From: an uncultured Rivularia sp.
GTDB taxonomy: Bacteria; Cyanobacteriota; Cyanobacteriia; Cyanobacteriales; Nostocaceae
DNA length: 64,000 bases
Direction: 5' to 3'
Assembly: GCA_963665115.1 (NCBI GenBank)
Contig: OY762007.1
Location: forward strand, 8,629,926 to 8,693,925
Position 1 is the first letter of the stretch; each line of letters begins with the position of its first letter. A program made the translations under genes and the position numbers. Below are positions 31,622 through 41,097 of this stretch, piece by piece. Below the pieces are notes generated by a model. That model saw only the letters and a program-made list of their open reading frames with translations. It had not been told where the DNA came from and made no database searches.

Positions 31622-33064
31622 ATGAATGCTGATGAAGCATTAGAAATTGTAGAGTCACGGGTACTATCTCGCCAACTTTCTCCCATAGAACGTTTGATTT
31701 TCTGTCAATCCTGGGAGGGCAAAGGGTATGTGGAAATGGTGGAGGGTTCGGGCTATAATAGCAATTACTTCAAGGAAGTTGGTTCCAGGTTGTGGCATAG
31801 TCTTTCTGAGATTATGGGACAGAAAGTCAGCAAAAAGAATCTTCAAATAGTTTTTAAGGATTATCAGCCCAATTCTACGGCTAAAAGCCATCAAATCGAA
31901 TCATTGCAGTTATTCAAACAGATAACAGTAGAAGATAATTTAGAAAATACATTTTTAGAATCGAGTATTTGCAATAATATTTTAGAAGAAAGTTCGCCGT
32001 TGCAGAATGAAGCGCCTTTAGATTATATAAAAAATTACATAAAATTTCCTAACGGTCCGGTTCCTTTAAATTCTCCTTTATATATTAAACGTCCCCCAGT
32101 TGAAGAATTAGCTACTAAAGAAATTCATAAGCCGGGATGCGTGATTCGGATCAAAGCCCCCAAGAAAATGGGAAAAAGTTCTTTGCTTCATCGAATTATT
32201 GCTCATACAGTTTCTAGCAATTATAAAACCGTTTATATAGACTTTCAAGAAGCTGATAATATAATTTTTACTTCCCTCGATAAATTTCTGCGCTGGTTTT
32301 GTGCCAATGTCAGCAGACAATTGCACCTTGCTCCCCAACTTGATGATTATTGGGATGAAGACATGGGAAGTAAGGTTAGCTGTAAAATCTATTTTGAAGC
32401 ATATTTACTTTCTCAAATTAACTCCCCGATAGTTTTGGCATTAAATGAAGTCAATCGAATTTTTGAATATCCGACAATTGCCCGCGATTTTCTACCAATG
32501 CTGAGATTTTGGCATGAAGTGGCGCAACAGGTAGAAAATTGGCAAAAAATGCGCTTAATTGTGGTTCATACTACCGAAAGCTACGTTCCGCTCCACATTA
32601 ATCAATCTCCTTTTAACGTTGGATTGGCGATCGCACTTCCACATTTCAATCTAGAACAGGTGCAGGATTTAGCGCAACGTTACGGACTAAATTGGCAAGA
32701 TACAACGGCTACGCAGCAATTAATGGAAATGGTGGGGGGACATCCTTATTTAATTAATTTAGCGCTTTATTATCTTTGTCGGGAAGAAATTGCATTGCCC
32801 AACTTATTGCAAAAAGCACCAACACAAACAGGGATTTATAGCAACCATCTGCGGGGTCATTTATTGACGTTGCGCGAACAGCCAGAATTGTCAATAGCGT
32901 TAAATAAAATTGTCACGACTGATAATAGTGTAGAAATAGATGCAATTGTTGCTTATAAATTAGAAAGCATGGGTTTAATACAATTAGATGGAAATCTATC
33001 TAAGCCTAGTTGCGAATTGTATCGTCTTTATTTTCAGGAAAATCTTTCAACCAGTGAACAGTGA
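31622..33064 (+). CDS. N-terminal HTH-like domain plus AAA_35 (STAND-like) P-loop ATPase
   Basis: LSPIERLIFCQSWEGKGY..YFKEVGSRLWHSLS..KVSKKN N-domain; IKAPKKMGKSSL Walker A; LALNEVN; SPFNVG; GGHPYL. Confidence 0.85.
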   Translation: MNADEALEIVESRVLSRQLSPIERLIFCQSWEGKGYVEMVEGSGYNSNYFKEVGSRLWHSLSEIMGQKVSKKNLQIVFKDYQPNSTAKSHQIESLQLFKQITVEDNLENTFLESSICNNILEESSPLQNEAPLDYIKNYIKFPNGPVPLNSPLYIKRPPVEELATKEIHKPGCVIRIKAPKKMGKSSLLHRIIAHTVSSNYKTVYIDFQEADNIIFTSLDKFLRWFCANVSRQLHLAPQLDDYWDEDMGSKVSCKIYFEAYLLSQINSPIVLALNEVNRIFEYPTIARDFLPMLRFWHEVAQQVENWQKMRLIVVHTTESYVPLHINQSPFNVGLAIALPHFNLEQVQDLAQRYGLNWQDTTATQQLMEMVGGHPYLINLALYYLCREEIALPNLLQKAPTQTGIYSNHLRGHLLTLREQPELSIALNKIVTTDNSVEIDAIVAYKLESMGLIQLDGNLSKPSCELYRLYFQENLSTSEQ

Positions 33065-33065
33065 G

Positions 33066-33271
33066 TAGTTATCAGTTATAAATAATCAGTGAGCAGTTAT
33101 CAGTTAATAGAGGGGGAAGAGGGGGAAGAGGGGGAAGAGGGGGTAGAATAAATTACTTCTGTATTACTAACTCATAATCCAAAATATAAAACAAAACAAA
33201 CCAAACGCATCCGTTGTTAAGATCCAAAATTAACCTTTAACTTTTAACCTTTAACCTTTAACCTTTAACCT
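33066..33271. repeat. Short tandem repeat tracts (STRR-like)
   Basis: ttatcag, (gagggggaa)n and (ttaacct)n arrays. Confidence 0.7.
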
Positions 33272-33276
33272 TCATA

Positions 33277-36076
33277 GTGAAATACCAAATCGGTGGAAGT
33301 CTTAAACAAGATGCACCAAGTTACATTGAAAGAAAGGCGGATTCTCAAATATACGATGCACTTCTTGAAGGAGAATTTTGTTATGTTTTCAATTCCCGGC
33401 AAATGGGTAAATCTTCGCTGTTAGTAAGAAACTCGCGCTCGGTTACAAGAGCAAGGATTTCTCTGTACTAGTATCGATATGACTAATATTGGTAGCCAAA
33501 ATATTACCCCATTGCAATGGTATAAAGGTGTAGTTGGCGATATTTGGTCTGGTTTTGGACTGTCGGGGAAAGTAAATCTGAAAACATGGTGGCGCGATCG
33601 CGAAGATATTTCATTGTTACAAAAATTAAGTCGATTCATTTCGGAAGTCTTGCTCGTAGAATTTTCCTCCGAACGATTATTTATATTTATTGATGAAATC
33701 GATAATATTCTCAGTCTTGATTTCTCTGTAGATGATTTTTTTGCTTTAATTAGATATTGCTATAACCAAAGAGCGATCGATCCAGCATACGAAAGAATTA
33801 CTTTTGCAATGTTTGGCGTTGCGACACCTACCGATTTAATCCAAAATAAAAAATCTACACCGTTTAATATTGGAAAATCCATCGAATTACGAGGTTTTAC
33901 CTTAGATGAATCTCTCTGTTTAGCACGTGGATTGAATCTAAGTACGGTTGAATATTCTCAAGCTGTTTTGCAAGAGATATTAAAATGGACGGGGGGACAA
34001 CCTTTTTTAACTCAGAAAATTTGTCATCTTGTAGCAACAGAGGAAGGGAGAGGGGGAGAGGGGGTAGAGGGGGAGAGAGTTCAAAACCCATTCAATACCC
34101 AATTCCCAATGCCCCATGCCCAATGCCCCATGCCCAATGCCCAAACTTTAATTTCCGATATTGTGGAATCGCGCATTATTGAACGTTGGGAGTCTCAGGA
34201 TGAACCGTTGCATTTACGAACTATCAGAGATCGTATTTTGAATAACCAGGTAATTGCAGCTTCTTTATTAGGGTTATATCAGCAAATTATATCGGGTAAA
34301 GATGTTTTAGCTGATGATAGTAAGGAAAAATTAGATTTACTTTTATCGGGGTTAGTAATTAGCGATCGAGGAAAACTGAAGGTAAAAAATCCGATCTATC
34401 AAAGAATATTTAATTTAAAATGGGTTGCGAAACAAGTTGATAATTTACGTCCTTATTATCAAAAAATAAATACCTGGATTGCTTCCGGACAGCAAGATAA
34501 ATCACTATTATTAACAGGAGAAACATTACAAAGAGCAATAGCTTGGTTGGAGAATAAACAGTATTCTGACATGGATTATCGTTTTATTACTGCTAGTCAA
34601 GCAGAAGCTAATAAGGAAATTGAAAGAGATTTAAATACAGAAAAAGTTGATAAACAACAGGCAAAATTTGCTCTGCAAGCGGCAAATGAAGCTAGTCGAA
34701 TATTAGCACAAGCGCGGAGACTAGCTCAACGAAATACCTTTCATATCCGTCTTGGTAAACGTTGGATTATCGGGATTACCGTAAGCATTTCCTGTTTGAT
34801 TATACTGCTGCGCTGTACTGGTTTATTGCAGCAGCTAGAGTGGAATACTTTGGATAGATTTATTCAAAATCGTCCTTCAGTAATTGACTCCCGCGTGGTT
34901 ATAATTACTATTGATGAACCGGATTTACAACAAATTGGACAGTATCCGATTCCCGATCAAGTTTTAGCTGAAACACTTAAAAAATTAAAAAGCTATAATC
35001 CGAGAAATGTAGGTTTGGACTTATACAGAGATTTACCAGTAAATCCCGGTTACGATGAGTTAATGCAAATTTTTGAAACTACCCCTAATTTAATTGGCAT
35101 TGAAAAGTTTGTCGGTTCTAAAGTTGCACCATCACCAGTTTTAGATAAATTGGGACAAGTAGGATTAGCAGATCAAGTATTGGATGCAGACGGCAAAGTA
35201 CGTCGTGCTTTGCTTGCAGTGGGTTCCGCCAAAACCAAAATACGTTATAGCCTTAGTCTGCGGTTAGCGCTAAATTATTTAAAATCAGAAGGTATTACAC
35301 CACAACCTCAGAAAAATAATCCTTATCATATACAGTTGGGAAAAACAGTATTAATTCCCTTTCAATCGAACAACGGCGGTTATGTTAACGCTGATACTGG
35401 AGGCTACCAAATATTACTTAATTACCACGGTACGATACAAAATTTTGATAACTTTTCAATAACACAATTATTAAACGATAGAATACCACCACAAGCAATC
35501 CAAAATCGAGTTGTTTTAATCGGCTCAACTGCACAAAGCATTAACGACTTATTTCAAACACCTTACAGTACTAATTTGTTTGGATTTCCTCAACAAATGG
35601 CAGGAGTGACAATCAATGCAAATATCGTCAGTCAAATTATTAGCGCTGCTTTGGAAGGTAAGCCGATGTTGCGGGTATGGTGGGAGCCTATAGAATGGCT
35701 GTGGATTTTATTATGGTGTGGAATTGGTGCGGTATTAAGTTGGCGTTGGAAGTCCATAAAAATAGTAGTAGCGGCTATAATCATTGCAGCAGGGGGATTG
35801 GTAGGAGTTTGTTATCTACTATTTAACTTCGGTTGGTGGATTCCGGTTATTCCCCCGATTCTGGGATTGGTAATTGCAGCTATTAGTTTACCAATTTTGA
35901 CTAATAGGCAATTAGCAAAAATTCAGCTTCGTCAAATTGTAGAATTGTTGGTTATGGAAACCTTTGAGCAACCAGCAGCAGCACAGATTGCAATTGAATA
36001 TCTTAAGCAAGGGGAAAGTGAAGAAAATCAAGCTTTAATTCAGGAAATAATTTTTAATGTTTATTTAGATAGGTAA
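33277..36076 (+). CDS. AAA_35 ATPase - TM - CHASE2 sensor - 3TM protein; +1 frameshift at ~33430
   Basis: YQIGGSL..YIERKAD..NSRQMGKSSL in frame 1; IDEID, TPFNIG, GGQPFLTQ; CHASE2 motifs ITIDEPD, GLDLYRD, DADGKVRR, VLIGSTA, MAGVTINA. Removing one A from agaaact gives LVRTRARLQEQGF. Confidence 0.88.
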
Positions 36077-36114
36077 TATGACGGTTTGAGGTATGTTTTT
36101 CTGAAATCGAATAT

Positions 36115-36192
36115 CTTACTTTTCCTACTTTTCTAACTATTAATAAGTACTAAATACTACTATTTTCTGCTTTTCCTACTTTTGAAAGTAAG
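36115..36192 (-). promoter_or_regulatory. Two clusters of the 9-bp repeat site
   Basis: cttactttt cctactttt ctaactatt, then ..cttttcctactttt and gaaagtaag, upstream of ORF 36381. Confidence 0.6.
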
Positions 36193-36380
36193 CAAAATAT
36201 CAGATATAAAGTATAAAAATAAGTTATTTTACTTTTATATTTTACCGAAGGAATTTTGTTATATAATTACTTTTGTAAGTCAAACAAATTAGAAAGTAAT
36301 TTTCACACCTTTTAAAGTGATTCAAAATTCAATTTTGATTTTAAGCTGTAAAGTAAAAGAATATATAAAGGGGCAAAAAA

Positions 36381-37259
36381 ATGGGTAATTCGATTATTGA
36401 GCAACTCGACGAGCTAGCATCAGACAACCTAACGGTAAAGACACTAAATGCTCTAGATTTTGTCGTACCTGGAGAATGGGATAATGTCGTAGGTTGTGAT
36501 AAAACAATTTCAGTTATAACCGGAGCCAACGATGCAGATACTGTTATGCAAATCCGCAATCGGATGATTGAATTGTATAACGATAGGGATAACGGCTATC
36601 AAAAAGCCATGTGGTATTACAACCTTGTAGAAAATGCCGACAAAGCCTTGGGTGCGGCTGCAATGGCAAACAAGATTGGTGAAAAAGTCGGTTTCCTTAA
36701 CTTCTTAAACAAAGTTACTCCTAAAGCAGATACAATTCAATCTATTGATTTGAGCTTGAAAATAGTCGCCGAGTTAATCGCTTATTCTAAACTTAACGGC
36801 ATTCAACTCAACCCTGGAAAGTTTGTATCTGAATTGCGAGAAAACTACTGCGGAGCTTCCCTAATGCGAATGGCTGCTTTAGTTTGTATCGATGGCTTGC
36901 TTCCTTTAGGACCAGACTTTATGCAAAAAGTTCATGATACCCTTAATTCTAAAGGCAGAGACGCTTTGGAAAAAAATCCTGCTTTTGCACCCATTGCAGA
37001 CTCCATTCCCAGCGATGACAAAGTAGGCTTTATCGATTCAACCTTCACCGCAGTTTCCGGGTGGATGGATAATCTAATAAGTTCTACGGGTTTAACACCG
37101 CAATCAATTTCAGACCATATGCATGGATTTATTGAGTTTTCCGACGATAAATTAGATTTTGTCGCCGCTTTTCTCGACCAGAGTACCAATTACTTCGCGC
37201 ATACTGGAACTCAAACCGTGGCTCGAAAATTGATTTTGCGTGCTGCTGAAGAAGTATAG
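36381..37259 (+). CDS. Hypothetical protein (292 aa)
   Basis: Long ORF with normal composition (ALDFVVPGEW, CIDGLLPLGPDF, HTGTQTVAR); no function recognised. Confidence 0.8.
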   Translation: MGNSIIEQLDELASDNLTVKTLNALDFVVPGEWDNVVGCDKTISVITGANDADTVMQIRNRMIELYNDRDNGYQKAMWYYNLVENADKALGAAAMANKIGEKVGFLNFLNKVTPKADTIQSIDLSLKIVAELIAYSKLNGIQLNPGKFVSELRENYCGASLMRMAALVCIDGLLPLGPDFMQKVHDTLNSKGRDALEKNPAFAPIADSIPSDDKVGFIDSTFTAVSGWMDNLISSTGLTPQSISDHMHGFIEFSDDKLDFVAAFLDQSTNYFAHTGTQTVARKLILRAAEEV

Positions 37260-37386
37260 GAAGGTAAGGCTTGTAGTTGCGCTATGCCCTAGCGGGCACG
37301 CTACGCTAACAGCGCTTAAGATTTCTGCGAAGACAGTGCAACTACGAACATAAAATAAAAAATATAGCTAACAGGATAAATTAATC

Positions 37387-37785
37387 ATGTTTAAAAACAT
37401 CAAAGATCAAGCCCAAGAGAAAGCAGCCAAGATGGGAGCAGCCGCACAAGACCAAATTGATGGTATCATCGATGAATTCAATGCAATGCTTCCCTTTGCG
37501 GAAGAATTAGGGTTAAGTGTAGCTAGTTTTGATATAGAAGCGGGATTGTTACCACAAATCAAAACTTCTCTAGTAGGTTCGATTGATAAGATTAACAATG
37601 AGGCTGTTGAGCGGATTATCAGCGAGCATGAATCGAATAAGTTACTGGTAGCGGTGCTTAATGCGGTGTTGATGACTAAGAATATCCATCAACGACTCGA
37701 AGGAGCCTATATATCAGTTCTCAAGGATTTGGTGATTGATATTAAATTGGGTGTTCCTCCGAGTATTTCTTGTCGGTTTAAGTAA
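37387..37785 (+). CDS. Hypothetical protein (132 aa)
   Basis: ORF with an agga upstream, co-oriented with its neighbours. Confidence 0.75.
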   Translation: MFKNIKDQAQEKAAKMGAAAQDQIDGIIDEFNAMLPFAEELGLSVASFDIEAGLLPQIKTSLVGSIDKINNEAVERIISEHESNKLLVAVLNAVLMTKNIHQRLEGAYISVLKDLVIDIKLGVPPSISCRFK

Positions 37786-38084
37786 CCATTTATGGTCGCT
37801 CATCAAGATCAATCTACCATACTTGATATAAAAACTCGTTCTCGAAGCTACATAAGCATATATACCTCTGATTTGATAGTCTGCGAAAGTAGGCTATAGC
37901 CGCTTTCAGTTGAGTGCAATACAAAGCGGCAACCTCACCCCGTCCTTTGGACACCCCTCTCCTTTATAAGGAGAGGGGAAGGAGGTTTCAATCTTCTTCT
38001 GGCTTGATAAATATCCCTATTAAATTAAACATTAAACAGCAGTAGAGGTCATAAAATGGAAAGAATAGAACAAGAATTCAATTC

Positions 38085-38259
38085 TAAGTGGGTGTGCAAA
38101 ATTATTTGTGTCATTACGAGCGACAGCGTTAGCGAAGCGTGTCCGATAGGACATAGTAATCGCAAAGTGCTGCGATGATCCACACCTTCGGTGAATGCTT
38201 CGTTTCACTTCGTTCCACTCGCAATGACAAATACACAATTAATTTTGCCTAAGTACTTA
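38085..38259. mobile_element. MITE-like repeat, same family as 49217-49346
   Basis: taagt..gtgcaaaatta ... taattttgc..gtactta ends; both copies contain gcgttagcg.agcgtgtccgataggacat. Confidence 0.65.
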
Positions 38260-38334
38260 TAGTTATTAAACAAACAGATTGAACAATTGCAAAAACAAAT
38301 TCAATCTTAAATAGTTAATGAGGGAAAATAAAAA

Positions 38335-40620
38335 ATGGCTTCTCAAACTGACACAGTTATAAAATTTGATGAGACTTTTTATCTCAAACGTAAAAATGGT
38401 CAACAGGTTCAATGTTTAACTTCTGCAATAAATGAAGGATTCCCCACAAAACGCAATTTTCCTCGATTAGGTTCGAGCAAACCAGTTAAACTTCAACTTA
38501 AAGGTAAAAATAAAAATAAAACTCATAATCTTAAAAATGGTGACACGGTAAAAATCCGTTCTTTAGAAGAAAATTTAGGCGACTATGATATTTTAGGTGC
38601 TTTTGGGGACAAGCACAATTGCTATTATTGGAAAGATGGTTACGACGATAAAAAACAAAGTTGGCAAATTCATCAGCTTTCTGGTAATGGCGATGCGATT
38701 CGCGACGGAGATGAAGTTTACTTCACCAATGTTTCTTACAGCAATCAAAGACTTGCAGCCGATACTAAATATCCTGGATATATAACCACTAAGAAAAATG
38801 CAACAGATAGATGGATTATTGAAAGCGTTAATAAGAAACAACCAGTAGTTGAATCCAATACTAATACTAAAAATCCCGCTTCTGTATTTGGTTTATCAGT
38901 TGCATCGGGAGATCCATCGGCTACAGGTGTAATTCTTTGGACTAGAATTAATCCAGAAGTTTACAAAAAAGAAGAGAAACTCACTTATCAGGTTTGTGAA
39001 AGCAAAAACTTTGATAATTGTGTAATTGATGAGGAAGTATCAGTATCATTTGGCGAGGAAACAGATTATACGGTTCATGTAGATTTAGATGGGCGTTTAG
39101 AAGCGTATAAGACTTATTTTTATCGGTTTCACTACGCCGGAGTATATAGTAAAACTGGTCGATGTAAAACGCTGCAAGCACCAGATAAAGATATGTCCAG
39201 TCTTCGTCTAGCGGTTATAACTTGCAACGATTACAGCACTGGTTATTTCAATGCTTTCTACCATCTAGCAGAATTAGAAGAACAAAAACAAGATGTAGAT
39301 TTCGTGGTTCACTTAGGGGATTTTGTATATGAATATGCTCAATATCCCCCTAGTTACGGATATGTTTACCGTGAAGATATCAAATGGAAGCAAGATCCTC
39401 GCTACAAATCCGAAGCAGACGACATCCAAAGAGCTATATCATTAGAAAATTTCCAGCAGATTTATCGTACCTACCGTCAAGATTTAGCGCTTCAGGCTGC
39501 GATGGAACAACATACCTGGATCGTAACTTTAGATGACCATGAAGTTGCTGATAATTGGTATTGGAATTACGAAGAGGAAACTATAAATGTAGATAAAGCA
39601 CATCCTGCTTTTAATAAGACAAAAAAAGAAAAGAAAGACCTTTATAACAACGCGATTAAAGCTTGGCGGCAGTATGTTCCTGCTCGACTGGAAAAAGTTG
39701 ACAAAGATAAAATAGATAAAGAACTTGAACCCCACGAATATCATATTTACAGGCGTTTTCACTTCGGTAAATTAGTGGATTTTTACCTAACTGATAGCCG
39801 TAGTTACAGAAGTAAACCACGACCAGATTTAGGTGCTGATGACAAAGTAAATCCTCAGCCAACTATGCTAGGTCAAAAGCAAAAAGAATGGTTAACTGAT
39901 GGGATTAAAACATCAGATGCTACTTGGAAGGTGTGGGGTAATCAAACACTTTTAGCGACTTCATCAATAAATACATTCATCGCAAATTATGTAGAAAAAG
40001 ATCCGGATATCATTGACGATTGGCAAGCATACATGGGGGAACGTAAGTCTATTTTGCAAGCCATCAAAGACAGCGAAACCGAAAACCACGACAATAAGAA
40101 TAACAAGAGTAATTTCGTGGTATTTACCGGGGATATGCACACTTCGATGATTTCTTATCTACATCATGATTTTACAGGGGTAGGGAATGGAGATCGTAGT
40201 AAAATCGCTGGTGTAGAATTCATGACTCCATCATTAACATCACCAGGAATATCAGAAGGATTGCGAAAAAAAATACCTGGCTATATTCCAGATTCTTCAA
40301 TGATTAATGATGTAATGCAAATGTTGCCGAATATTTTCTCAAGCGACAGCAGTGATGATGCTGGTGAAGGAAGTACACTGCATAAAGTTACAGCTGGACT
40401 GATGAGATTTAATACCTACATCAAACACTATGATTCATCCATTAACGGATATGCGATCGCCGAATTTACTGCCTCGGAATTGAAATGGGAAGTATACGCA
40501 GTTAATAAATCCGATCACCGTGAAGCAGACGATGGAAGCAACATTTCTAAAAGAGGAGCTAACAAGCATCTTGCTAAAACTATGAGGTACGATCCAAGCA
40601 CGATTACGCTGCATGGTTAA
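38335..40620 (+). CDS. phoD: PhoD-family phosphatase/phosphodiesterase with an extra ~165-aa N-terminal domain and no Tat signal
   Basis: FGLSVASGDP..VILWTR, HLGDFVYE, DDHEVADN, TDSRSYR, TMLGQKQKEWL, FTGDMH. Confidence 0.9.
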   Translation: MASQTDTVIKFDETFYLKRKNGQQVQCLTSAINEGFPTKRNFPRLGSSKPVKLQLKGKNKNKTHNLKNGDTVKIRSLEENLGDYDILGAFGDKHNCYYWKDGYDDKKQSWQIHQLSGNGDAIRDGDEVYFTNVSYSNQRLAADTKYPGYITTKKNATDRWIIESVNKKQPVVESNTNTKNPASVFGLSVASGDPSATGVILWTRINPEVYKKEEKLTYQVCESKNFDNCVIDEEVSVSFGEETDYTVHVDLDGRLEAYKTYFYRFHYAGVYSKTGRCKTLQAPDKDMSSLRLAVITCNDYSTGYFNAFYHLAELEEQKQDVDFVVHLGDFVYEYAQYPPSYGYVYREDIKWKQDPRYKSEADDIQRAISLENFQQIYRTYRQDLALQAAMEQHTWIVTLDDHEVADNWYWNYEEETINVDKAHPAFNKTKKEKKDLYNNAIKAWRQYVPARLEKVDKDKIDKELEPHEYHIYRRFHFGKLVDFYLTDSRSYRSKPRPDLGADDKVNPQPTMLGQKQKEWLTDGIKTSDATWKVWGNQTLLATSSINTFIANYVEKDPDIIDDWQAYMGERKSILQAIKDSETENHDNKNNKSNFVVFTGDMHTSMISYLHHDFTGVGNGDRSKIAGVEFMTPSLTSPGISEGLRKKIPGYIPDSSMINDVMQMLPNIFSSDSSDDAGEGSTLHKVTAGLMRFNTYIKHYDSSINGYAIAEFTASELKWEVYAVNKSDHREADDGSNISKRGANKHLAKTMRYDPSTITLHG

Positions 40621-40918
40621 TTCCTTAAATACCCTTTTCAAGTGGGGAAGTGTGAAACTCCACTTTTCCCCATAAATTGGGTTAGTAACTGTAATCAAAT
40701 ATTACAAGGAATTTAAGGCATGAATATACAATCTCCAAAGACTTTTAATGTCGGTTTCAACCCCCAATTCTGGGGGAGAAATGTATTTTAAATAAAACCA
40801 ATACCCCCCCCAAAATTGTGGGTTACAGGGCAGGCGATTCAGGCAGCTAATGTCAAATAACAATTGGGAATTCATATCGCCATAAGGCAACGCCCAAGAA
40901 ATTAACGCTCAAATAAAA

Positions 40919-41097
40919 CTGACATCTTGCACCAGTTGCGATTAGCCCCAACACCCACCTCGGAATCAATTCCGAGGCTAATAGCTTAAGTCTACTGAAG
41001 TAGACTAAAAGCCTTACCCAGTCCTATTTATAGGACTTTTGTTATGAGCCAGGGGTTTGCAACCCCTGGCGGTGTTGAGAATGGTGCAAGATGTCAG
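40919..41097. mobile_element. MITE with 16-bp TIRs and internal REP-like palindromes
   Basis: ctgacatcttgcacca ... tggtgcaagatgtcag; internal agtctactgaagtagact and agtcctatttataggact. Confidence 0.8.
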
